From a virus (Duplodnaviria; Caudoviricetes): a stretch of 64,000 bases of DNA. The position numbers were made by a program, and so were the translations under genes. Below the pieces are notes generated by a model, which made no database searches, had not been told where the DNA came from, and saw only the letters and a program-made list of their open reading frames with translations. Below, one piece after another: positions 19,425 through 26,584 of this stretch. The stretch's first letter is position 1; the number at the start of each line of letters is the position of its first letter. The DNA lies in the IMG/VR virus record IMGVR_UViG_2706796476_000001, positions 87,418 to 151,417 of that record, one strand, 5' to 3'.

Positions 19425-19496
19425 TGGGTCCTAAGAGACTCGAACTCCTATCCTATCAGTTATGAGCTGATTGCTTTACCTTTAAGCTAAAGACCC
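19425..19496 (-). tRNA. tRNA with CAT anticodon (Ile2-like or Met)
   Basis: GGGTCTT/AGGACCC acceptor stem, loop CTCATAA, GTTCGAGT T-loop; no encoded CCA. Confidence 0.9.
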
Positions 19497-19499
19497 GTA

Positions 19500-19955
19500 A
19501 GTTAACGTAGGGTCAAACCGGCAACCACCCTACCTGTATTCAGCACCGCCACTCGACACCCGAGGGTACCTCTCGGCAAGTATTGGCATAGAGCCTTCTA
19601 CGGTTTTAATTCGGGTTTTAAAAGTACTCTCCGTGGTCCGCATTGGCAAGAGGCGTGAGAGCATCTATGACGTAGAAGAGGAAGAAAAATTCATTATATC
19701 TTGTAGTTGCTACATTCCATAGCCTAACGTGCGGTGAGCCGGATTATTTGTACGTCGTAAGTCGTTAATCGTATACCCGTTTTACATTCCCACACTTTTT
19801 GGATTGTCAGTAATGTCCCCTATTTTAGGGTTAAGCAGTTGAGATATGCTCTCAACCAAAGCAGATTTTCCTCTTCTATCGTCTACTGCTGGTTTGCACC
19901 AGCTATCAAGGTAGAACTTGTCTACCCTCATAGCTAAGGCAAAATGCCTAGCTGC
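19500..19955 (-). ncRNA. Candidate ~450-nt structured RNA downstream of the DIP1984-like gene
   Basis: No ORF of 60 aa or more; many hairpins, a GCAA tetraloop and a long-range helix between about 19669-19690 and 19865-19883. Confidence 0.6.
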
Positions 19956-20477
19956 TTACATGTACTTATCAGCGTTTCCAAAAGAGATGAAGTGAGTATG
20001 GTTTGCTCTCTCAATAGCATTGGACAGTGAGTTAGCAAACTTCTCTATTTCTTCTCCTCGAGCCTTAAGCGACTTCGGGTCAAACTGAGCGTACTTATAC
20101 TCTACCTCTGAAGAGTTGTAGCTAGGTAAACGCTCAGTTTTTTTAGATTGACCGAAACGTTTCAGAAGCGAAGCCTCTGCTCTCAGTTGCTTAGCTAGTT
20201 CCAACGCTTCAACAATTGTGTAAACTGTGCCTGTTGAAGTTTCGACAGTCGCCTCTGAGTTAGTTGCTGCAATCCTTAGAGAGATTTTTCGGTAGTCATC
20301 TCGAACGTCATTTAGCTCTTTAGTGACTTCTGCAAATGTTCTCTCAGGTTTTTCATACTCTTCATCTTTACGAGCCGTTACGTATGCAATGTCGTCACGT
20401 TCACGTACCAGTTCGTGAAGTTTACGAGAGATAGCGTTCTTTAACGGTAAAGCTTCAAACAGATAAACTTTTGTCAT
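19956..20477 (-). CDS. DIP1984-like (septicolysin-annotated family) helical protein
   Basis: L.EAL.LK..I..K, I...N, TIVEAL..A..L, L...IE.AN pattern recalled for this family; own sigmaA promoter. Confidence 0.6.
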   Translation of the reverse strand: MTKVYLFEALPLKNAISRKLHELVRERDDIAYVTARKDEEYEKPERTFAEVTKELNDVRDDYRKISLRIAATNSEATVETSTGTVYTIVEALELAKQLRAEASLLKRFGQSKKTERLPSYNSSEVEYKYAQFDPKSLKARGEEIEKFANSLSNAIERANHTHFISFGNADKYM

Positions 20478-20547
20478 AGTTATCGTCTCCTTTAATTTGT
20501 CTGTAACTAGACTATATCATATAACATTTTACACTGTCAACGGTTTT

Positions 20548-20841
20548 TTACAATCCACATATATCTTCACCTACAAAAGATTCACCGTTCTTGAAACTTT
20601 TGTATAGTCGTTCAAGTTTATTAAGGTTTTGCTCAAGGTCCCTTATTTTATTGTGTAGTTCGTTATCTAGTCTAAACCTTATTAATCTTTTGCCGTACTC
20701 TGATAGGGTTGGGTTTTTCAAGTCACTTAGTAACTCAGCGTGCTCCTTCTTAGACTTATCCAAGTTATATCTATTTGAATTTAGTCTAGTTTTTATTTCT
20801 GTTTCAGATACTTCGGTATAAAGGTAATCATAGTGAGCCAT
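20548..20841 (-). CDS. Hypothetical coiled-coil protein, paralog of 20929..21222
   Basis: Both 97 aa; share YD.L...VS, RLI..LD.EL, GE....DIC.L. Confidence 0.8.
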   Translation of the reverse strand: MAHYDYLYTEVSETEIKTRLNSNRYNLDKSKKEHAELLSDLKNPTLSEYGKRLIRFRLDNELHNKIRDLEQNLNKLERLYKSFKNGESFVGEDICGL

Positions 20842-20928
20842 AGTTATTCATCTCCTACCGTTGTTATCAGTATGTTTACTGTAACTACACTGTATCATAC
20901 ATCATTTTACCCTGTCAACATTTTTTTT

Positions 20929-21222
20929 CTATAACCTGCAAATATCTCTCCGTGTAACTTCTTCACCGCTGTTAACTCTTCTAATAAGTTTTTCGTACTT
21001 TCTAACTTTCTCTTCATACATCTTTATCCTCTGTCTCAGCTCTCCGTCTAGGTATTCTATTAGTCTTTGTGCACCAATCTCAGAGATATCTCTCTTTGTC
21101 ACGTCTCTTATAATCTCCGAGTCTTCCACCTTACACATTTCTAAATGGTACTGAGCTATTTCTAAAAGTTCCTGAATGGCTTCGAGAGACACAACTCTAT
21201 CTAATAAATCGTAGTTTTCCAT
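20929..21222 (-). CDS. Hypothetical coiled-coil protein, paralog of 20548..20841
   Basis: Same motifs; duplicated promoter and leader. Confidence 0.8.
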   Translation of the reverse strand: MENYDLLDRVVSLEAIQELLEIAQYHLEMCKVEDSEIIRDVTKRDISEIGAQRLIEYLDGELRQRIKMYEEKVRKYEKLIRRVNSGEEVTRRDICRL

Positions 21223-21381
21223 AGTTAACCATCTCCTGCCGCTTTATCGGTATGTTTACTGTAACTCCACTATATCGTACAACATCTTACATTGTCAACA
21301 TTATTTATGTAAAATAAAAAGGGTCAGACGCATCCAACCCTAGTAAGTATACGCCGAAGCAATATACCGCAATTAATTTCA

Positions 21382-21906
21382 TTATAACATACTGAACCAG
21401 TTATCAATCTCGTACCAGTCGTTCATTCGTACGAATCGTTTTTCTTCTCGGTTGTGTGGAGCATCGAATAGGATTGCCGTACCTTTAAAAGTTTCAAGAT
21501 TATGCACTCCGTCGTCAATCATAAAATCTGCTCTTATGATGCTCTTGTCTCCACATAGTACTACTTTGCTATGAGGTATGTACGGGAAGTGCTCTGTAAG
21601 CCATTCTAGCTTAGCTGTGAGCGATCTAGGGTGAGTCGTAGCTGTAGTTACTATATAGACGTCATAGTTCTCTATGAGCTTTCTAACAGCTACTTGGCTG
21701 CCTTCTATAGGCTCTAGGTTTCTGAAGAAGTGATAATCAAGGTGCCTATACACGTCATTTTCTGTCTTAACAAACTCTTTGATGTCCCATCCTAAGATGT
21801 CGTCTATTTTTAAATGGGGATCGTCATGAAGGTTAATGCAAGATACCCAAGCGCCAAGAAAATCAGCTAGTACACAATCCATGTCAATTGCAATAACTTT
21901 TTTCAT
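21382..21906 (-). CDS. 5'(3')-deoxyribonucleotidase (HAD superfamily, NT5C)
   Basis: IAIDMDCVLAD motif I, KLEWL.EHFP, DFMIDD motif IV. Confidence 0.92.
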   Translation of the reverse strand: MKKVIAIDMDCVLADFLGAWVSCINLHDDPHLKIDDILGWDIKEFVKTENDVYRHLDYHFFRNLEPIEGSQVAVRKLIENYDVYIVTTATTHPRSLTAKLEWLTEHFPYIPHSKVVLCGDKSIIRADFMIDDGVHNLETFKGTAILFDAPHNREEKRFVRMNDWYEIDNWFSML

Positions 21907-21934
21907 AAGACCTCCAGTTTGTTTGACTTAAATA

Positions 21935-22018
21935 TGGGACAGGTGGGATTCGAACCCACTCAGTGATCCGACACGAGATTTACAGTCTCGCCTAACTCTC
22001 CAACGTTAGCGCTATCCC
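21935..22018 (-). tRNA. tRNA-Tyr(GTA)
   Basis: CGAGA-CTGTAAA-TCTCG anticodon arm, long variable arm, GGTTCGAATCC. Confidence 0.92.
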
Positions 22019-22131
22019 GGGTCACGACTAGTTGGCGCTCTAGTCGTTTAAAAAGGTAATCAAACGTATAACTATGTCACTAGTTTATTTGTTCTGAAAT
22101 ACGGAACACAAGATGAAATAAAGACTTACAT

Positions 22132-22203
22132 TGAGAATACCAAGACTCGAACTTGGATAACTGGAGTCACGTCCCAGCGCTTTACCGTTAAGCTACATTC
22201 TCC
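22132..22203 (-). tRNA. tRNA-His(GTG), atypical
   Basis: G-1 present; loop ACGTGAC (A32, C33); discriminator A. Confidence 0.75.
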
Positions 22204-22212
22204 ATGATGATA

Positions 22213-22286
22213 TGGTATGGTCTAAGGGAGTCGAACCCTTACCCGCTGGTTGGAAGCCAGCAATTCTACCGTTAAACTAAGACCAC
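22213..22286 (-). tRNA. tRNA-Gly(TCC)
   Basis: GCTGG-CTTCCAA-CCAGC anticodon arm; encoded CCA. Confidence 0.9.
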
Positions 22287-22292
22287 ATGAGA

Positions 22293-22362
22293 ACTGCCTA
22301 GAGAGGAGTTGAACCTCTCTTGTGATGGTGTTTGAGCCACCACACTAATCGTAGATAGGCAG
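22293..22362 (-). ncRNA. tRNA-like element with a UCA triplet and minimal D-arm
   Basis: CTGCCTA/TAGGCAG acceptor stem, GAGAGG-TTCAACT-CCTCTC T-arm, TGGTG-GCTCAAA-CACCA arm. Confidence 0.65.
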
Positions 22363-22379
22363 TATTATTACACTTAAAA

Positions 22380-22841
22380 ACCTATTCGCATGTCTTTGGT
22401 CAAACTGGTTCTAACTTTCACTAAAGCCTAGAATTGTATAAGCTTAAGTTATCCCTTCCGTCTCTTCTACGGGTAGTCACCCTCGTAGATTCTGTGCAGA
22501 GTACGGAACTTAAGATGATAATACTCTAAGTAGCAGAACCTGACAGGTGATCAGCCCGTTGCACGGATCAGGTGCTTAATAGCTCTGCTACCCATAGAGT
22601 AGGATTCCCAGTAAAGAAACCGAATAAGACCACTGGGAACGGGGTTGTCCTGCTTGGCAAAACCACTCGAACCCAAGCTAGACTTCCCTGTCTTATTTTG
22701 TATACCTCTTTCTCACAGGTGGTTAAATATGTGGAGGCGGTACAAGTTGCCCCGTTTAAGCCGCAGGGGAAGGCAGCTGCAATATTGTTTAATGCCGTTG
22801 CATCGGGACGAACCACTTGCGCTAGCTCGTTAGTGTGCTAG
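22380..22841 (-). ncRNA. Candidate structured non-coding RNA(s) within the tRNA cluster
   Basis: Long nested helices (TACTCTA..GGTAGCAGA/TCTGCTAC..TAGAGTA; CTTAAGTT/AACTTAAG; TTCCCAGT/ACTGGGAA); no convincing ORF. Confidence 0.55.
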
Positions 22842-23243
22842 TTACCTGTTTAGAATACGCACATTCATTTCTTCTACTACCTCATCTCCATCGTGCAGGT
22901 AGTAGTGTTCAACTAACGATCGTTGATAGTTATCCGGCAAGTCATATAGAATAACTGTCCTATTCTTGATAGCCCCTGAGTCAGGTAAGGTAGTTTCAAA
23001 AACCTTATGGTCTTCAGTTATCTGAATATCTCCTACGGTAGGGTTATGCGCCCAGTGGTTGGTAATCTCGCTAAGAGGGTTGTTAGCAGTACCTCTAAAT
23101 CGGTAAAGAACTCCCGGATAGTTATACATCTCCACTCGTTCAGTTACGTTCCCAACATTGAACACGTAAGCTACCTCTAGTGAGACACCCGTAGATGCTT
23201 GATTTTCTCCCTCACTGCCTTCTTCAATAATGTTGTCGTTAAT
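22842..23243 (-). CDS. Hypothetical protein (GTG start at 23165 or ATT start at 23243)
   Basis: Open frame; RBS-like sequences precede both candidate starts. Confidence 0.65.
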   Translation of the reverse strand: MNDNIIEEGSEGENQASTGVSLEVAYVFNVGNVTERVEMYNYPGVLYRFRGTANNPLSEITNHWAHNPTVGDIQITEDHKVFETTLPDSGAIKNRTVILYDLPDNYQRSLVEHYYLHDGDEVVEEMNVRILNR

Positions 23244-23414
23244 GTTGTTTCACCTCCCTATATAAAACCTAACCTGTTAGGTGTGGGTGTAAGTCTAAGG
23301 TGAAAATAAAGTCAAAATCAAAGTCAAATATAGTCAGGTGTGAGATAATATACTAGAGGTAATCACACCAATTACCTCTGAGTAGGTTGCATTTAACGAC
23401 TGTTTCCTAGTCTA

Positions 23415-23483
23415 TTGCTAAGGCAAGAGTTGAACTTGCTAAACAAGGCTTATGAGACCTCGTCGGGTACCGACCCCTCAGCA
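23415..23483 (-). tRNA. Degenerate tRNA-Met(CAT)-like element with a shrunken D-loop
   Basis: TGCTGAG/CTTAGCA acceptor stem, GAGGT-CTCATAA-GCCTT, GCAAG-TTCAACT-CTTGC; D-arm GGGT-CGGT-ACCC. Confidence 0.65.
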
Positions 23484-23562
23484 TCGTACCGAGACGAATC
23501 TCGGTATTAGGAGGTAAATAAGAGAAAAAAGTATTTAATCATGAAGGTAGTTTCCTACCTAA

Positions 23563-23635
23563 TGGACTGAGAAGGATTCGAACCTCCGACACAGGGATTT
23601 TCAGCCCCCTGCTCTACCGACTGAGCTACCAGTCC
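23563..23635 (-). tRNA. tRNA-Phe(GAA)
   Basis: Canonical cloverleaf; loop CTGAAAA. Confidence 0.95.
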
Positions 23636-23757
23636 AAGGCGCCTCACCCCTCGTAAGGGATGTGAGACCGATCGGTGATAGAATCACCTCCATACGACTA
23701 TGGGAGCACTCAATGGAACCCCTCGCATACAGAGGTGACTAGCTAATCCTTGAAAGG

Positions 23758-23824
23758 ACGATCTGAGAGGAATCGAACCTCTTTACCTATCGCAGTAGTG
23801 CTTTTACCAATAAGCTACAGACCG
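23758..23824 (-). ncRNA. tRNA-like element with a truncated anticodon arm
   Basis: Acceptor CGGTCTG/CAGATCG, normal D and T arms; anticodon arm only CTA-CTGCGA-TAG. Confidence 0.65.
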
Positions 23825-24016
23825 GTATAAAAAAGTACACGAGCGTTTATACAAGGTGTATAAGTGGACTCGCATACAGAGTGGGGTCGGGGGTGGGTGA
23901 CCCCTATCTACATCTTTCTCGCTTGAGATGCAGATGGTTGAAAAAAAAAGTAATTACACCAAAAGAGGTACTGTTAAATCAATGAATAAGCCTACATGCA
24001 AGATTTAAGGTACCAA

Positions 24017-24088
24017 CTGTCGTAGTAGGACTCGAACCTACAACTTCTTGATTAACAGTCAAGCACTCTACCATTGAGTTATACGACA
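24017..24088 (-). tRNA. tRNA-Asn(GTT)
   Basis: Canonical cloverleaf; CTTGA-CTGTTAA-TCAAG. Confidence 0.95.
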
Positions 24089-24282
24089 AGGTTCAAGGTC
24101 TGTAGGGGAGAAGTACGGTGGTGGTTGTAAACAACTCCCCGTTACCTTGGAGTTTAGAACATATGATTAATTTCGCATGGTTGAGTTAAATAAAGGAGGA
24201 ATAACCAACGTATGCTCGAGACAAAGGATTCAGCGATTCACCGCCTCGTGCAATGACCAGTGAATCCCTGCCTGTATATACA

Positions 24283-24291
24283 TTATAACAT
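24283..24291 (-). promoter_or_regulatory. Extended -10 promoter (TGTTATAAT) for the tRNA cluster
   Basis: Perfect TGnTATAAT pointing into the tRNA cluster. Confidence 0.6.
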
Positions 24292-24653
24292 ACTCTGATG
24301 TTATAGGGAACCCTTTATTTTAAATTTATTTAAAAAAGTTTAGTAGAGAAGATTAAACTTCTATACTATAGAGAAAAAGGAGTAAACTGTGCGGATGTTT
24401 GTCCTTCGTCTTCAACCTGTAACTACTATAACATATCTCTCTGAAGTCTGCAACATGTTTGGTGATTTTCGGCGGCGCTTTTCTTGTTTACTTTTTTTTT
24501 TGACGTCGACTATAAGATAAACTTTAAAGATAATATGAATAATTAATGGTTATATAATATATAAAGTAATTAATATATAATACAGAGCACTTAAAATAAA
24601 AATATGACAAGAATATCTCAACAAGAGTCAGAAACCCTTATGTATCAAGGGAT

Positions 24654-24747
24654 TAAAATAGGACAAAAATTTTAAATACCCTCATTCAGAACCTTCTCCC
24701 TAATCGTATCAGAAGGAATAACTCACATATTTTTTTGTCCTATTTTA
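24654..24747. repeat. 16-bp inverted repeat in an AT-rich divergent intergenic region
   Basis: TAAAATAGGACAAAAA at 24654 and TTTTTGTCCTATTTTA at 24732. Confidence 0.8.
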
Positions 24748-24826
24748 TGGATAGAGTATAAACAGAAGGAACATAATAAGCACATCTCAGAATGAAATGC
24801 GCTTTTAAAACATTCTTGAAATTAGG

Positions 24827-24857
24827 TGTTGACTTTTAATCAACAATGGGTTAAGCT
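24827..24857 (+). promoter_or_regulatory. sigmaA promoter of the XRE gene with palindrome TGTTGA-N7-TCAACA
   Basis: TTGACT-17-TAAGCT; the palindrome overlaps the -35. Confidence 0.65.
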
Positions 24858-24890
24858 AGGTTTACAAGTAAACGATGGAGGTTGTTAAAC

Positions 24891-25211
24891 ATGACAACAA
24901 CAGTAAACAAACCAACAAAGACAAATAAAACAGAAGAAGGTGTCAGAATGAAAACTGTAAAACGGCTCAAGAAGTTTCGAATGGATTCAGGATACTCGAT
25001 TAATACGCTTGCAGCAAAGCTAGGAGTTGACTCTTCAACTATCTCTTACTGGGAAAGTGGTAAACGATTCCCTCGAAGAAACGTTTTAGAGCAACTTGAA
25101 GATTTGTTCAACGTTAGCTACCGTGAACTATTTGATGATCTAACTAAAGCAGAGATGAAAGAAATTGAGAGACGCATGAACAACATGTACAAAACAAATG
25201 AATGGTATTGA
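24891..25211 (+). CDS. XRE-family HTH transcriptional regulator
   Basis: RLKKFRMDSGYSINTLAAKLGVDSSTISYWESGKRFP; ATG 24891 after GGAGGT. Confidence 0.92.
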   Translation: MTTTVNKPTKTNKTEEGVRMKTVKRLKKFRMDSGYSINTLAAKLGVDSSTISYWESGKRFPRRNVLEQLEDLFNVSYRELFDDLTKAEMKEIERRMNNMYKTNEWY

Positions 25212-25238
25212 AAAAAGAGACCTTGTTAGGGTCTCTTT
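25212..25238. terminator. Bidirectional terminator
   Basis: AAAAAGAGACC-TTGTTAG-GGTCTCTTT between convergent genes. Confidence 0.75.
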
Positions 25239-25473
25239 ATTCGTATCCTACTACAACTTCAACGATCATCTGAGGATTAATGTACTTTACAGCCTCTGTC
25301 AGTTCGACAGTACCGTACACTTTTAACAATCCTGCTCTACTTCCGACAATACTGTTCCATACAAATGCTTCCGGACGTTCAGGAACGTTAAAAGAAGATA
25401 CATAGGCTGGGTCTACATAATAAACTGCATCATTAAGTAACTTGATCTCGATTTTACTGACCTTTTTTGCCAC
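25237..25473 (-). CDS. Hypothetical (possible virion) protein
   Basis: Last ORF of a leftward late-type operon. Confidence 0.7.
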   Translation of the reverse strand: MAKKVSKIEIKLLNDAVYYVDPAYVSSFNVPERPEAFVWNSIVGSRAGLLKVYGTVELTEAVKYINPQMIVEVVVGYE

Positions 25474-25493
25474 TAGCTAAACCGCCCTTCGTT

Positions 25494-25820
25494 TTATTTT
25501 CCGCTGATCATGCTGAACAGGTAAGTGATTAAACCCCCTAGAAAAGCCATAAGAGCTTTCTCGATCAGTTCACGTTGCTTATCACTCTTACGGTCTCCCG
25601 CACTCTCAAGCAGCTCCAGCTCCTTTTGAAGCTGTTCCATTTTGTAGTAAAGGTGGGATTGTTTTTCCTGCTGGATTGCAATGTCTTTATCTAAGGAAAA
25701 GACGATGTTCTTGAGTTCATCAACAACCCCACGCAACTCGGTAGTGTCTGTTTCTTGGTCTTGGATTTTACCCTCGATACTTCTCAGTCTCTCGATAAGT
25801 TCACCATTTTGGTTCATCAT
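25494..25820 (-). CDS. Coiled-coil protein with a C-terminal TM helix (XhlA/holin-accessory-like)
   Basis: Long heptad repeat followed by ALMAFLGGLITYLFSMI. Confidence 0.6.
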   Translation of the reverse strand: MMNQNGELIERLRSIEGKIQDQETDTTELRGVVDELKNIVFSLDKDIAIQQEKQSHLYYKMEQLQKELELLESAGDRKSDKQRELIEKALMAFLGGLITYLFSMISGK

Positions 25821-25846
25821 TCAAACCCCCACCTTTCTATAGTATA

Positions 25847-26197
25847 TCAAATGATGCCCTGTCTCTTTGTATCTCCTAGTTCAGTGTCATAAGACACATA
25901 AAAACTCTCTAAGACTTTTCTGCTTTCTTCGTCAGCGATGTTTCCGTAGTTTGAGTCAGTGTCTATTCTAAAGTAAGCAGAACCAAACTCCTTCAGATCA
26001 AGCTTCACCTCTATAAACTTGTCGTCTGTCGTGTTCTTACAGTACTCGTATGTAAAGTCGACTAATACTCCTAAGTGAAGTAGTCGATGAATTGAGTACA
26101 TGTGGAATATTGATCGGTCAGTATTTATGAACGTTCCGATTAGGTCTCTAAACTCAAGTTTCACTGTACTATGGTACTTATTCTCATTAATCTTCAT
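25847..26197 (-). CDS. Hypothetical protein
   Basis: RBS GAAAGGAG; overlaps the upstream gene. Confidence 0.75.
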   Translation of the reverse strand: MKINENKYHSTVKLEFRDLIGTFINTDRSIFHMYSIHRLLHLGVLVDFTYEYCKNTTDDKFIEVKLDLKEFGSAYFRIDTDSNYGNIADEESRKVLESFYVSYDTELGDTKRQGII

Positions 26198-26477
26198 GTC
26201 GTCTCCTTTCTGCGGTAGCTATTACCCATACCGTAGGGAGAGCTAAGCTTAGTAGTACCGCATTTTTAATAATGATTGAACTATGCAGAGCTGAGTCAAA
26301 TAATATGACATCTGATATAATAGAGATATAAGCAACCCCGATAAAGGTGGCAGACTTGATGATCGGGTTGTAAAGGGCGTATTTAATGCCCTCAAATAGT
26401 ATAGCCGCAGCGAAGAAGGTCAGATAGCAGATGCTAGCGTATAACAGGACTGATGCAATAGTTGCTAAAATTAACAT
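26187..26477 (-). CDS. Membrane protein (3 TM)
   Basis: Three hydrophobic stretches. Confidence 0.7.
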   Translation of the reverse strand: MLILATIASVLLYASICYLTFFAAAILFEGIKYALYNPIIKSATFIGVAYISIISDVILFDSALHSSIIIKNAVLLSLALPTVWVIATAERRRHED

Positions 26478-26506
26478 TTTAATCCTCTCCGACTCGTTTC
26501 TCTTAC

Positions 26507-26551
26507 TAATATAATACTTCTCAGTGGGATTTTTCGTAATCCTCTATATTA
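26507..26551. promoter_or_regulatory. Back-to-back late-type promoters (TATATTA core)
   Basis: TATTATATTA on minus at 26507-26516 and CTCTATATTA on plus at 26542-26551, at the divergence point. Confidence 0.6.
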
Positions 26552-26584
26552 TGACTAAGAACTTAAAATACTGGAGGTGCTTGA

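Noticed and set aside
22293-22362. Selenocysteine tRNA
   Set aside because: No long variable arm or extended acceptor stem, and no sel genes in the window.
22568-22841. Three short overlapping ORFs
   Set aside because: No RBS and atypical composition; RNA structure explains the region better.
24882-25211. XRE gene as a lysogeny repressor or sign of a prophage
   Set aside because: No integrase, att site or host genes in the window; the gene content is that of a lytic herellevirus.
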